Part shown: piece after piece, positions 40,487-52,725 of the stretch
Layout of the letters: each line of letters starts with the position of its first letter
Position numbering within the stretch: the stretch's first letter is position 1
From: Kudoa neothunni
Lineage: Eukaryota; Animalia; Cnidaria
Assembly (NCBI GenBank): GCA_964304625.1
Contig: OZ199839.1
Location: 8,790,221-8,854,220 of the forward strand
DNA: 64,000 bases
Direction of reading: 5' to 3'
The notes under the pieces: model-generated
What the model was told of the DNA's origin: nothing
What the model saw: only the letters and a program-made list of their open reading frames with translations
Databases searched by the model: none
Position numbers and translations under genes: made by a program

Positions 40487-42140
40487 CTATCTGTTTATAT
40501 GGTAGGATTGGCTAAGAGCGTTCAACAATTTTATTATAACATGTGATTGCAAATTCAAATCCTTCTACATGTAAGTTAAAATGTCCCAACCAACTCCAGC
40601 AATTTACCCTCCTGGATGACTTAATTTTGATATCATTATCCAAATCTTCAAGTATCACAGATAGGAAATTTATTTTAAAACATTGCTTAATAGAATTAAA
40701 AAATTCCATTTATACTATATACTTTGTGGCGTAGATATTTGCAATACAAAAACCCCATGATATTCAGAGTGGGTTTGTTTATTGCATCTTTTACAATATT
40801 TTGTAATTTTTTGTCAGAAATTATCTAATTATCAAAATTATAACGTCGTATAAGTAAATATCAATTAACATGAATATAATTTATGTTTGTTCGTGTACCA
40901 AAAATTATTTCACTCACGGACTTATTTATGTTGTTTACCGACAAGTCAGTCAGAAATGACAAAACATTGTGCATAATTTTGTTGCATCTCAAAAAATCAT
41001 AATCTGAGTGTTCTCGAAATGTTAGATTTGATATCACTGGATCTGGAGGTTTTTGGAAGAATGCGCATTCGAGATTCCAATGTTTCCTCGGAGTTACATT
41101 TCGGCTGTAGCCCACATATTGGCAGGGATTATAGTAAATTGATCAATTGTAATGTTTTTGATCCAACTATAAATATATCTCCATTATATAATATAAAGAA
41201 TAAGTATACAACTAATAAGTTTGGAATAATATTTTTCATTGATTTAAGCCCAGCGCAGTTAATCACTGTTACAATTAATTCGCGTAGATGATTTCCGATA
41301 TGATCAGTTAATTTGGAGTTATCGCTTAGACGAGTCACATACAAATTATCATTATGTAAATAGACCACTGAAAGCTTTTTGGTCTTTTTAGTCTTTATTT
41401 TTCGTATTATTCATAAAATCATTGTAAACAAAATACATCACGAATATAGATTTTCCCGTCCAAGCTGATTTTAATGGGTGGGTGGCCTCTTTTTTTATTT
41501 CCGTTTAATATAATGTATTGAATTTTTGCCACAAACATGGGGTCAACATTGAAAATTACAATCGACGATCCAATATTATATTTTGAGTATTTTCTAACAA
41601 TATAAGCCGATCTTGGGTCAAATGTTCTGTTAAAAATTTAATTTTTAGAATTTAAATTTTGGATAAATATACTTTAGATTATCCAATAAATTTGAGAAAA
41701 TAATTACTCCAATATCTTCAAATTTTATTGACTGATTTCTCAGCAAAATATATAACCATAGACATAGGCCTTTAGATCAAACTCGTATGTATCTCTATCC
41801 ATGGAATTTGCCAAATACACTATTGGTAGAATTATTTTCCAGTCAGAAGTACACTTTACCTTTGCAAGAAATATATCCTAAAATTTCATAAACTTTACTA
41901 TTTAATCCAGGGGAAATAAATATTTGAAAATTTTCTTTTCCCAATTCACCAATGGCGTAGCACTTAAATAAGTTACGATTTTAAAGGTGTAACTATTGGA
42001 ACCTTCTTCATCCCATCTTTCAATAATACTGTTGCTATGTCATTAATTTTATGTATACGTGTCTTTTTAGAAAAATTATCGTTGTTTTCAGTAGTTGTTT
42101 CCGATAGTAAGAAAAGTACTAAACCAAAATGGGAAATCAT
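40487..42140 (-). CDS. Divergent secreted CD39/NTPDase-like protein lacking catalytic motifs, copy B (one frameshift at ~41745-41752)
   Basis: Signal-like start MISHFGLVLFLLS. Tandem paralog of copy A with shared CYAxGELG, RDTYExDLK, xVxKYS, LYVTRL, CAGLKS, NPCQYVGY and QCFKIN, and the same intron positions. Confidence 0.55.
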
Positions 42141-43325
42141 CTCGATATTATAATTTAACACATATGGAATGATAAAATAATATCTTTATTTCATTTAAAT
42201 CTCCAAAATAATAACTTCTACAACGATTATTAAAAATAAGATATTTATGCCCGTATTCATATATCTACAGATTTTATAAATTGATATATCTATTTTTTAA
42301 GGATAAAAATAACAAATAAGATATCGATATGGATAGATTTAGATTGAAATATTAATTTTTCTATTAATAGGCATCTTTACCATTAATCAGAATAAATTAA
42401 GAAGCCATAAATAAAATCAAATAAATAACAATGTAAAGAAATTTTATTTGGTAAAAAATTTTTTTTATCCATTTACCGATTTGATGAATAAAAGATTATT
42501 ATCATTTAGATACGAAATCTAAGATCAAAAAGTATCAAAAATACAAAGAATTGTTTAAATTTTTTAAGCTGTTGATATACCCTCAACAACAAATAATCTA
42601 ATTTAATAATAAATATTTATCTGATAAAATTTATTTATATACCGATAACTGGATCTTATGAAATATGTTTATATATAAATTAATGATGATTTAAAACGTG
42701 GCATTCGAGTTTTTCTATTTTTATCGATATATTTAAGGATATGGGTATGCGCGGGGTAAAAAATGGAAACGTCGGAAGAATAACTCCCTAGTACTACATA
42801 TTAAACAGGAAATAATTGGATAATATTGCTTTTAGTTACGACTAGTTACGAAATAAAAATATTACATTATGAAATTATACATATATCAAATATTCCAGAA
42901 ATACAAATAACGAAATGGTAACTGTAAAAATTGATATTAATAATTATTCTAAAGAAGAATTAGTTTATTTAATATTCCAAAATTAAGGTAACTTGTTTTT
43001 GCTGAGACAATAGATTATATTATTCAGTCATAAAGGTATCTTTGTATAATAAACATATAGTTAGGAACTAACATATATTTTTATAAGATCAAAAAAATAT
43101 ACTTATGTCCATATGATAAAAAATGTAAATCTTATTAGATAAATGATAAATACGCAACAAAAATTTTGTAAAAAATATTTAATAATATAATTATATTACA
43201 ATTAGAATAATTCTATGAATTAATAATTAAACTCAATTCATATCTAAATGCCATGAATATAAATTTGTAAAAAAGTAAGAAAAAATGAATGCAATTATAC
43301 GCAGAAATAAATAATTTAAAATACT

Positions 43326-44748
43326 CTATAAATATTCCATGAAGTTCCTCAACAAAGACATCACTTGATAAGTGCTTAAAATTTTGTTGTGGCCAATGTT
43401 TCCAAAGACATGAACAGAGCTGATAAAATTCCTATTTAAGTCTGTCAACGCGTAACAACTGTTTAGTTCATCCCTTGTTAATGTGCCATCACCAAATTGT
43501 GTCATGTCTCTCTCGACACCTATTAAACTCTTCGCATCAAAAATGATTCCTTTAGTTATTGTTGGTGTTCCTAAAGAAATAATGCAGGCAAACGGAACTC
43601 CTATTTCTGTGTTTGACCAAATGTCTGGAAAAATTAAATTATCTTGTTGAAAGGAATTATTTACCTTATTTCTTTGTAGGAGCTGGCCGATGTGTTCAAT
43701 TTTGTAATACCGAATTTTATCAGCAAACAAAACCTAAATTAAATTTTTCTTAGCTATTTGAATATATGCAAATATGATATGGTAAATTGGAATTTTCTAC
43801 TCACCTTATTCTCACCAAAGTATACGCGACTTGGGAAAATACCTCTTAATGAAGGAAAATTTGGGATCAATTTTTTTTTTAATAATCCAACTTTGTTTTC
43901 GTTTCCACAAGTATATCACCGAATAAATTGCGAAATATCGATTCAAATGATCCAGTAAAGGGTGTACTTATACTTATCCATTTTTTAATATATGTTTTTT
44001 TCCATTTAGAAGTTTTAGTGTCGAAAAATTTTCGTATAAGAACTCCATCCATGTCATATGAGATAATTACAACTCTTTTATAAAAAGAATTTTTCAGCGA
44101 CTCAATTTCAATAGTAAGATTCCGAAAATAGTAACTCAAGTATGGATCAGCTAAATATATGGATAAAATATTATTTGGCTTAACGATAAGTCGAAAATTA
44201 TTACTTGCAATGGACCTAAAATCATATGGGACTCCCCTAATATCGTAATAACGAGTGTAGCCATGTCTCCAAGTATTCAACAAATGCGTAGAAATTATTT
44301 CCTTTCAGGTCAGGAGAATTAAATTCTGAGTTTTCAACACCTGACACTTCCCCAAATTTAGCGGTTTCAATCTTTACGCCTTCCATATTTTCAAACATTG
44401 CTTTTCTGGATTATATATGCTCCTTATTGAATAGAAGAATTATTTTTTAATTTAAATGTTTGGTATACTTTAGAAAGTATAATCTGCATGCCATTGATAT
44501 CTCATCGCTATCGCTGATCCAGAGTAGTGTTTTATTAGTGACAGTTGGACAGCCCAAACCACTTTTCGTCTTGGGGTTGTAGGTAACGTAGAGTTGGCTT
44601 GAAAGAAACCCAGGCACTGTATTTTAATTATATTTATATCTTTTATTATAAATTGACCTAATATAACAGGTGATTTCCCCGTGAAGGACGTTGCATCAAT
44701 GACACTATATTTTGCCAGGTGGCAAAAGAATAACGAAAACAGAGGCAT
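43326..44748 (-). pseudogene. LCAT/PLA2G15-like copy 2: nucleophile lost and at least three frameshifts
   Basis: PGFLSSQLYVTY, DIRGVPYDFR, WISISTPFTG, GDGTLT and GHNKIL are retained, but HSFGG is replaced by YDMDG (~44044-44058). Frame breaks at ~44400, ~44266 and ~43910. Confidence 0.8.
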
Positions 44749-46360
44749 AGTAATTTGGACGATCCAAACAAATATTTAACAATTTTTTTAATAATCTCTA
44801 AATAGTTTTAGATCAAACATAGTTTATTATAATTACCAATAAATATATTTTTTGAATTATTAACTTGTTCTTCGTTCTATTATCTACACCTAGTGATAAA
44901 AATCCTTAAACTTTAATGAATGATACAAAAATCATTACATCAATGCATTAATTATTAAAAATTTAACAAAGCATTAAATTTTTAGTTTTATATAACTAAA
45001 ATCCTTTAATTAAGGCGTCTTACTACAATAATAATATACCATTAAGTTTTTTATCTCACTTTACTTTTTGTAATGATTATAAAATCTTCAAAAATATATT
45101 TATCCACTAATAAAAATTTCATTCTAAATCAGCTTCAAAAAAACTAAAACTTTATGGAGATTATATTTTGTATACCATCCCTTATTTACGGCCGCATTAT
45201 TAGGATATGTGGCTAACAAATATGATACATAAAGGATTAAGCCACCGCTTAGAAACACGTCTATCACACTGATTTTATCAAGAAAGTCCTTTAGTGACAT
45301 TCCAGGTGACGAATGAAACTTTTTTGAACATCTTATTGAACGTTCTATTTATAACGGGTCTACATACTAATTTGCGTGGCAGAATCATTCAGATTATCAA
45401 TTCGTCGAAAAAATTGGCGACGCTGTGCAATATCTTACCGATAAAAACCCTTACTAATTAATCCACATTGTTAAAAAATACGAATTTTAAAATTAAAAAT
45501 TGTATGGATCCTCATTAGTATGCGTTAGTAGGAGTAAAATCTCTCGATTTGATCACATTTAGTGGTCACTCGTCTCAAACTATCACTGATTACTGCCACT
45601 CTCTTAGAAAAAGGATAGCTAACAGTTTGGGATATTAATATATTATTATTATTATTATTAGTAGCGGTTACAGCGGCGTATTAATTGATGAAGCTTAAGT
45701 TTGGAATAATATAATAAATAACTTAGAATTAACAGAGCGGGTGTATTTGGAAGTGTCTGATGACATCCCAAAAAATATGGGTTTAGTTGAGGTTATTTCG
45801 AACAACTTAGACTATAATAAGAACGTAAAAATACTTATATTAAGCCTGGTCGTTCGAATTACTGAATGTTTTAAAGATAGGTCATTATCCAAAATCTCTA
45901 CACCTCTTTCACTGTAAATCACAGAACAGTATATGTGAACAGGTTTTGTGGATCTCACATTGGCGCTGATGAAAGAACATGGTGGCAATTGAAATACATA
46001 ACCGAATGAGTGACAGATGATAAGAAATCCATAAAACCAAAACAATCGAGCATCAATGGAAGTAGTATGATTTAGATTAATTAATAATTTCCCAGTTTCA
46101 TTAAAAAATATTCTAATGAATTTTATAATATTATTAATATATAAATAATAAAGTATCGTTTAATATAAACTTTGAATATAAAAATGATGTAATTGCATAC
46201 TGTAACATTATTTTTATAAAACAATATTAATTTAATTGTTTTAAAATTTATCGATTATTAAATTTTGACAAATAATTAATTTTATTAATAAATGCAATGA
46301 TAAACTTGAAGAAACTAACTATATTTAACTAAGTGAAAAAATTTGTTTAGTTGTTGGGCA

Positions 46361-47817
46361 TCATGGATGAACATGGGTTTTCAATATGTTGAATAGAGCT
46401 TCTCCTTTCAAAATATCTGTATGGGATTCTTCACTAATCACACTGACTTTGTTCAATTTCCCTTTGTTTAGTTCCTGAATTTTTTCGCAAGCTTTCAGTT
46501 CAGCATGGGTAAGTGTTCCATCACCATCAACGTAAGCATTGTATTGGGACATCAAATAGTTATTGGAGTCAATAGTGACGATATCGACAGTGCTGACATC
46601 TTTGCTATAAACACAATGCATGTTTACCCCAGGGTCAGACCATGTGAAGATGTCTTCATCATTAAGAAGTTTATAGATTTGATCAGATTTTCCATTTGTT
46701 CGTTCTCTTTGTAATGAGCTGATATTTCTACTAGTCCACGTGTGGGTAGCATTTTTGATAAGTACCTAATTTATTTGATTATTATTTTTAAGCAACCTCT
46801 CACGAATTTACTCTGTCTGAACCAAATAACGAACGAGATGGCTGAAGATGGAAAATAGATGGAAAACTTGACAAGATTTCGGATACAATAGCCTTTCCTT
46901 TCATTGGAATCCAATCCCAACCGACGTAGCCAACTGTGTTAGCATGTGCTGCTTTGCCTGCCCCGCCCATAGCTCCTGCGGCACTAATCCACCACTTGAT
47001 ATGCTTATCTTTCCACTCTTGGGTCTGACGTGCGAGGAATCTAGGAAAGAGGGCACTACCAAAGCTGTGGGTTACGACTATCACGGGTTTGTTGTTATTT
47101 GATTCAAAAAGCCACTCAATTAATCTCTTTAAGTTGATTGAGTAAACACTGAAGTCCGGTTCCACTTAACACGCTGTAAAGTCCAATAACTCATATAAAT
47201 ATTACAAGGCAAGATCCTAAAGTCATATGGAGCTGCTTTAATGTTTATATTAAGTTTATATCCAATATTTTGTAGTCTTTCAAAGAGTGGTCTAAAGTAG
47301 GTCAGCATATCACCAGGTAAGTCACCAAGGGTAGCAACAGATTCAGTAGATCCGAATGGTGCTGTTTTAATGTGAACTTGTTTGGGAGGTCTCATTGATT
47401 CTGTTTCGTTATCGTATTGCAAGCTAAAAACTTAGAACGCGTAAGTAGTTTATTAAAATACCTGAATTTATATCTGAAGCATTTCAAAAGTGCAAGCTCA
47501 ATAACAGCAACCCAAAGAATTCGTTTCGATTCTACTTCAGGGCAGTCGAAACCGTCAATTGTGAAAGGAGCATTTGTTGCAGTTAGTTTGCTTCCCATAA
47601 ATCCAGGGACTGAAATAAACATTAAAATAAATACTTATATATATTTTATAATTTACTGGTTAAAATCGACAACAAATCACTATTATTTGACTGTCCAAAT
47701 GAAGTATATTTAGTATATATACACATTTGGAAAAATATAATTCCTTTATTTATCATAAAGATAAATTAAAAGAAATAATTAATTTCATTTACCAATAAAA
47801 ATTGATTTAGAGTTCAT
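46361..47817 (-). CDS. LCAT/PLA2G15-like secreted lipase, copy 3; intact
   Basis: Signal-like start MNSKSIFIGIIFFQMCI, then PGFMGSKL, KAAPYDFR, VVTHSFGS, DPGVNMHCVY, DGDGTLT and ESHTDIL. Intron positions match copy 1 and the frame is continuous after splicing. Confidence 0.9.
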
Positions 47818-49065
47818 TTTCGAAAAATATAATAATCTGTCGTCAAAGCAACGCCGGCCCTAAATATATTTACGATTTTTTATCTTATCTACGTTGAAAT
47901 CAGTAACTTTGATGAATTATCATTTCAGAATAGTGAGTTATCCAATTATCAATTCTTTACATTTGTATTAATAAAATGTTGTACACACATTATTATCAAA
48001 TTTAATTTGATAAATCTTCAGATAATTAAAATATTCGGATAAAATTTTTATTGTATATTATGTTTCATGGCGAAATAATATCTATATCAATTAAATCATT
48101 TAATACATGATACTCTATTTAATTAATGATACTATACTTTGTGTCAATTTAAAATTTGAATTATTAATAAATTTTAAATATTTCCCTAAAATAGTATTCA
48201 TATCAAAAAGCACAGATTAATCATTCTGCCTTAATGATAAATAATATTAATCGTTTTATTCACTATTTTTCATTTAATAGGGAAAACTCAGAAGAACCAA
48301 TACAACACGATTAATAAGCATCATAAAAATTACGCAGAAGCATTATTTAATGTCAATAATGACTATAAGTTAAATTGTGTTTAATCTCCAGGGAAATTAT
48401 CCCAAGTGGTTCCGATAGTAAAATGTATACTGAAAAGTTCTTACCAAAATGCTCTGGGGGGTAACAGATAATTATAGAAATCCATGTTAATCTTCTGATT
48501 CCTAATCTTCGTCATTTATTCTGGAATCAACAAAGAGAATAATCTAATTATCGCCATTTATATGAAGCTAAATTTACTAATTAGATAAAAATGAATGAGT
48601 GGGTTGCTGACGATTGGAACATTCGTACAGAGAATAATTCGGATAATTGTGCTGTACTGGCATTCAAGTATGAAAATAGAGCGCAACCAACATGAATAAA
48701 TCTAACAAAAAATCAGTTTCTATAAATAGCAATAAAAATTCTAAATATGGAAGTATAAGTGAGTTTCGGCGAATCTTTGATTCATTGAAATGAATTTACT
48801 GTCATTCACCGGAAACATCCTCAGAGAGTGGTTTATTTATAATTACGTTTAAATATTATGCAAATATTTAAATATTCGGCCTTGTTGGGAGTCTGACGTT
48901 AATTAAAAAATATTGTTGTTATATTGATTTGAAAATCTTGGTTATAAATTTAAACCTGGATTTGAATTAATAGGTTAATAAGCTTTGATTGGTGGATGTG
49001 TTAAGTTTCATTGAGAAGTAACCATTGGCAATTATATTGTTTATAATAAATTTATAGTTTGAGGA

Positions 49066-52000
49066 ATGGAAATAATTTCACTAAACCAGCTATTTTCGTT
49101 TGGTGTATTAACATTAATAAATTGTTGTGTGATTGGCTTCCACTTCAACCCAATAACCTACAACGAAAACATAAAGTTAGGGTTAGGCTTTGGAGCCAAT
49201 AAAGATGATTTGAAAACTACAATCACTCAAATACCTTTGTGTGACGTATCATATAAAAACATGACGAAAGATCGAATATCTTTCTTGAATGCAAAACGCC
49301 CAAAATTCAACTCAAAAAATACGTCCTAGGATATAACTTTGATGAGCAATTATCACATTATAGGGGGAGAGAGGGAATACATTTTAGTGTTTTGGGTGAC
49401 AGCGTCAACAAAGTGGTGTTACATTCGGGCCCACAACAACATAACTTCATTTTTGTTTGATACACTCAATCCTAAGAAAACTGAAGAAAACACTATAAAA
49501 AAAGACGAAGAATTATGGGAAATTCAGCCAATTCAAATAAATACCATATGTATTACTGGAGAAAAATCTGATTTTTTGTTGGTTGGCTTCAACAAAAAAC
49601 CTATCATCAGACGATGATTACAAACTGGACATTGAGTTTAATGGCATACCTTCGGAGGGTATGAATGGAATCTATAGATCACAATATCAGAGTTCCTATA
49701 ACCAACAGCACAGACTCCGTTAAACAACAAACTCGAAATGAAACAATTATATCCACTCATTTTGAACCAAAATACGCAAGAAAAGCCTTTCCTTGTTTTG
49801 ATGAACCGAGTATGAAAGCGAAGTTTTCGATCTACCTTACTCACCCTCTATCCATGGAAATCGTTTTCCAATATGCCAGTCGATTCCAAAGTAAACTAAA
49901 ATGGTATTCACATATTGTTTAAATTTAAAATAAATCAACAGATTGAAGATGGGGACAAAACTGTCACTGTTTTTTTCCAAGAAACTCCCCCAATGAGCAC
50001 ATATTTGGTTGCCTTTACAATCAACAATTATTCCATGATCTCTAAAATATCCGATAGTATCAACAAAGTCAATGTAACTACCAATAATGTTTTATTATCT
50101 GCGCCGAATATACATACATTTATTTATAAAGAAATAATATCTTCTGTATGTTTAGGTGAGTGTTCTAGTACCCTCGCATATGATCACCAAAGGAGAGTTT
50201 GCGTTGGAAGTAGCCACCAAAGCTTTAAAACTATTCGAATCACTTACTTTGATTCCGTATGCGTTAAGCAAAATGGACCTAATTGGAATTCCATCTTTCG
50301 AGGCTGGCGCTATGGAAAATTGGGGTCTCATCACCTTCCGTCTCACTCAAATGATCTTCGATAACGATACAGTAAGCGAAAAGGGAAAAGAATATGTTGC
50401 GCAAACAGTTATTCATGAAATCTCCCATCAAGTAATGTTATGAGAAAAATCGGACAATTTGATAATCATTACTTAATAAGTGGTTCGGAAATTATATCAC
50501 TATAAAAAGTTGGCACGATATCTGGTTGAATGAGGGATTCGCAATGTTCATGGAAGTTTATGCGACCAATCGTTTGTTCCCCCAATGGGATCTTAATGTC
50601 GAAGAGAAAGCACTTAATGTGGATGGTGCTATTGGATTTGATGAACTCAACCTTACACACGCTATGGCAGTTCCCGAAAATTACACAGATAATGTTGAGT
50701 CGTTGTTTGATGCGATTTCCTACACCAAGGTTTTTTAAATATTGTAAATATTATAATATGTAATTTTTGTAGTCTGGTAACGTTTTATCGATGCTACACG
50801 AAGTGATAGGAGGACGATAACTTTTGGGTGGTGATAAAGAAATATCTCAACAAATATGCGTTCAGTTCTGCTTCGTCAACGGATTTGTGGAATATTTTGA
50901 ATGAGGCACTTTAAATTGAAAATAGTTCACTTTCATTTAATTTTTTTAATTATTGTAATATAGGAAATAAATGATTTACATGTTAAAAACATGATCAATT
51001 CTTGGATATTCAACACTGGATTGCCAGTGGTTACAAGCACAAATGGTCAACAAGACCAATAACCACACTTTAATTTCCCTATCTCAACAAAGATTCGTAA
51101 TGTCACCTCTTATGGAGAGCATGTAAGTTTGAATGTTACAAAATATTTTACGTGTAACATTAGAAACCTCCAAAACCCCGAGAAATGGACTATTCCTATC
51201 ACTTACATAGCCAAATATGAATCCAATAACACCGTGGAAGTCGGAGTTTTGTGGCTCTCGGAATCAAAACGTTTATCGATAGGCATGGTTCTAAAATTAA
51301 AAAATACTTAGAGCAATATGAAATGAATGGAAATATTGAGATGATCAAAATCAATAAGGACAGAATGGGATTCTATGTGTCCCAATATGATGCTGGATTT
51401 TGGGACCGAATAATTCATCAACTTGAGACCGATAAAAAGGTTGATGTCAAATATTTTATTAAATATATTCATTTTTTATTATCAAAGGAATTTTCTGCCA
51501 GCGACAAAGTTTCTGTGTTATCAGATGCCATGCGACTCTCCAAGTAAAACAATCATTGAAATTATAACCATCATATAAATTTTATTCAAAACAGAAATGG
51601 AATGATTGCACTAGAAGTTCCTATGAAATTATTAAAGATATTAATCAACGATATTGACTTTTATGTGCAGTCAAAATGTTTGGGTTACCTGGCCACCATT
51701 GGTTGGCATGTTAATCATAATGAACAAATCTATGGCTCATTCCAAGTAGATATAATTAAATCTAATTAATTATTGTTATTTCATTGTAGAAATATGTGAG
51801 ATCCTACTTACATCAAAGATATCAACAACTTAATTCTACCGACATAAATATGAATTTGACCACTAGACATAAAATGTATTTTGTGTTTGATATCTAGAGT
51901 AATGAGGATTTATAGAATATTGATTAATTCTGTTTCGTCAATGTGTGTTGAGTACAATTGCTCCAGTGTGGTGAGTTATCTGCTCAGCCTCTACAAGGAA

Positions 52001-52725
52001 TGGATACGCACCAAAATAAAGTTAAATTACAACTAAATTATTTTCTTATTCGAATATTAGGATTGACCCTGGAACGTTTTCGGCAGTTCTAAGAGCAGTT
52101 GCCGCCTACGGAACATCAGAGGAAATTAGTTCTTTAGAAAGTCAATACACCTTAGTGGAAGACCCTCATCTCAAACGTCGTTTCCTTGTATCCTTGACCT
52201 ATGTAAAGAACGAAACACTACTCCAAAAGTATTTTCAAAGTATAAGTTAATATTATTTTTTAATTTTCTTAGATATTTGAATGCCAGCATATTCGAAGGG
52301 TACGTTCCATTACAAGATTTTGGAACATTCTTCTCGGCCATATCATTAAATAAACGTGGGACCAATCTTGCATGGATTTATTTGAAAAAGTATTGGTCTC
52401 AACTAAAGAAAAAGTCATTTGAAATCAAACTCTGTGAACTTATAGTTATAATATTTTAGACTAGTTGACTCAGATGTTACATTAAGTGGTCTGGTTCCAG
52501 CGGTAGCCTCTCAGTTCAAAAATTCAACATTTATTAAAGAGGTAAATTAGCTAACATGTTACTTCAATATGAATATAAATTAAGCTTGATGGGTTCTATC
52601 TGGCAAACGAAAATTCAATCTACCTTAAGGATTACAACATTGCCGTGGAAAATGTGAAAATGAACGCCGATTGGAGTTCCCGAATTATTCAATATTTGTC
52701 CAAGGATAGCGTATTAAACAGCTAA
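49066..52725 (+). CDS. M1-family zinc aminopeptidase (aminopeptidase N/A-like) with N-terminal hydrophobic signal; several single-base frame disruptions in this sequence
   Basis: THFEPKYARKAFPCFDEP, ETPPMSTYLVAF, GAMENWGL, HEISHQ|WFGN...WHDIWLNEGFA (HEXXH-X18-E), FDAISYTK, WTIPITY, IKINKDRMGFY and LAWIYLKKYWSQL. TAA at 52723-52725. Confidence 0.92.

Noticed and set aside
40568-40610. WSWLG as apyrase conserved region 5
   Set aside because: It falls within a GT-AG intron located at the same position as in paralog A.
49300-51040. Euplotes-type programmed +1 frameshifting (AAA-TAR)
   Set aside because: The inferred shift sites are not AAA followed by a stop codon and share no common motif.
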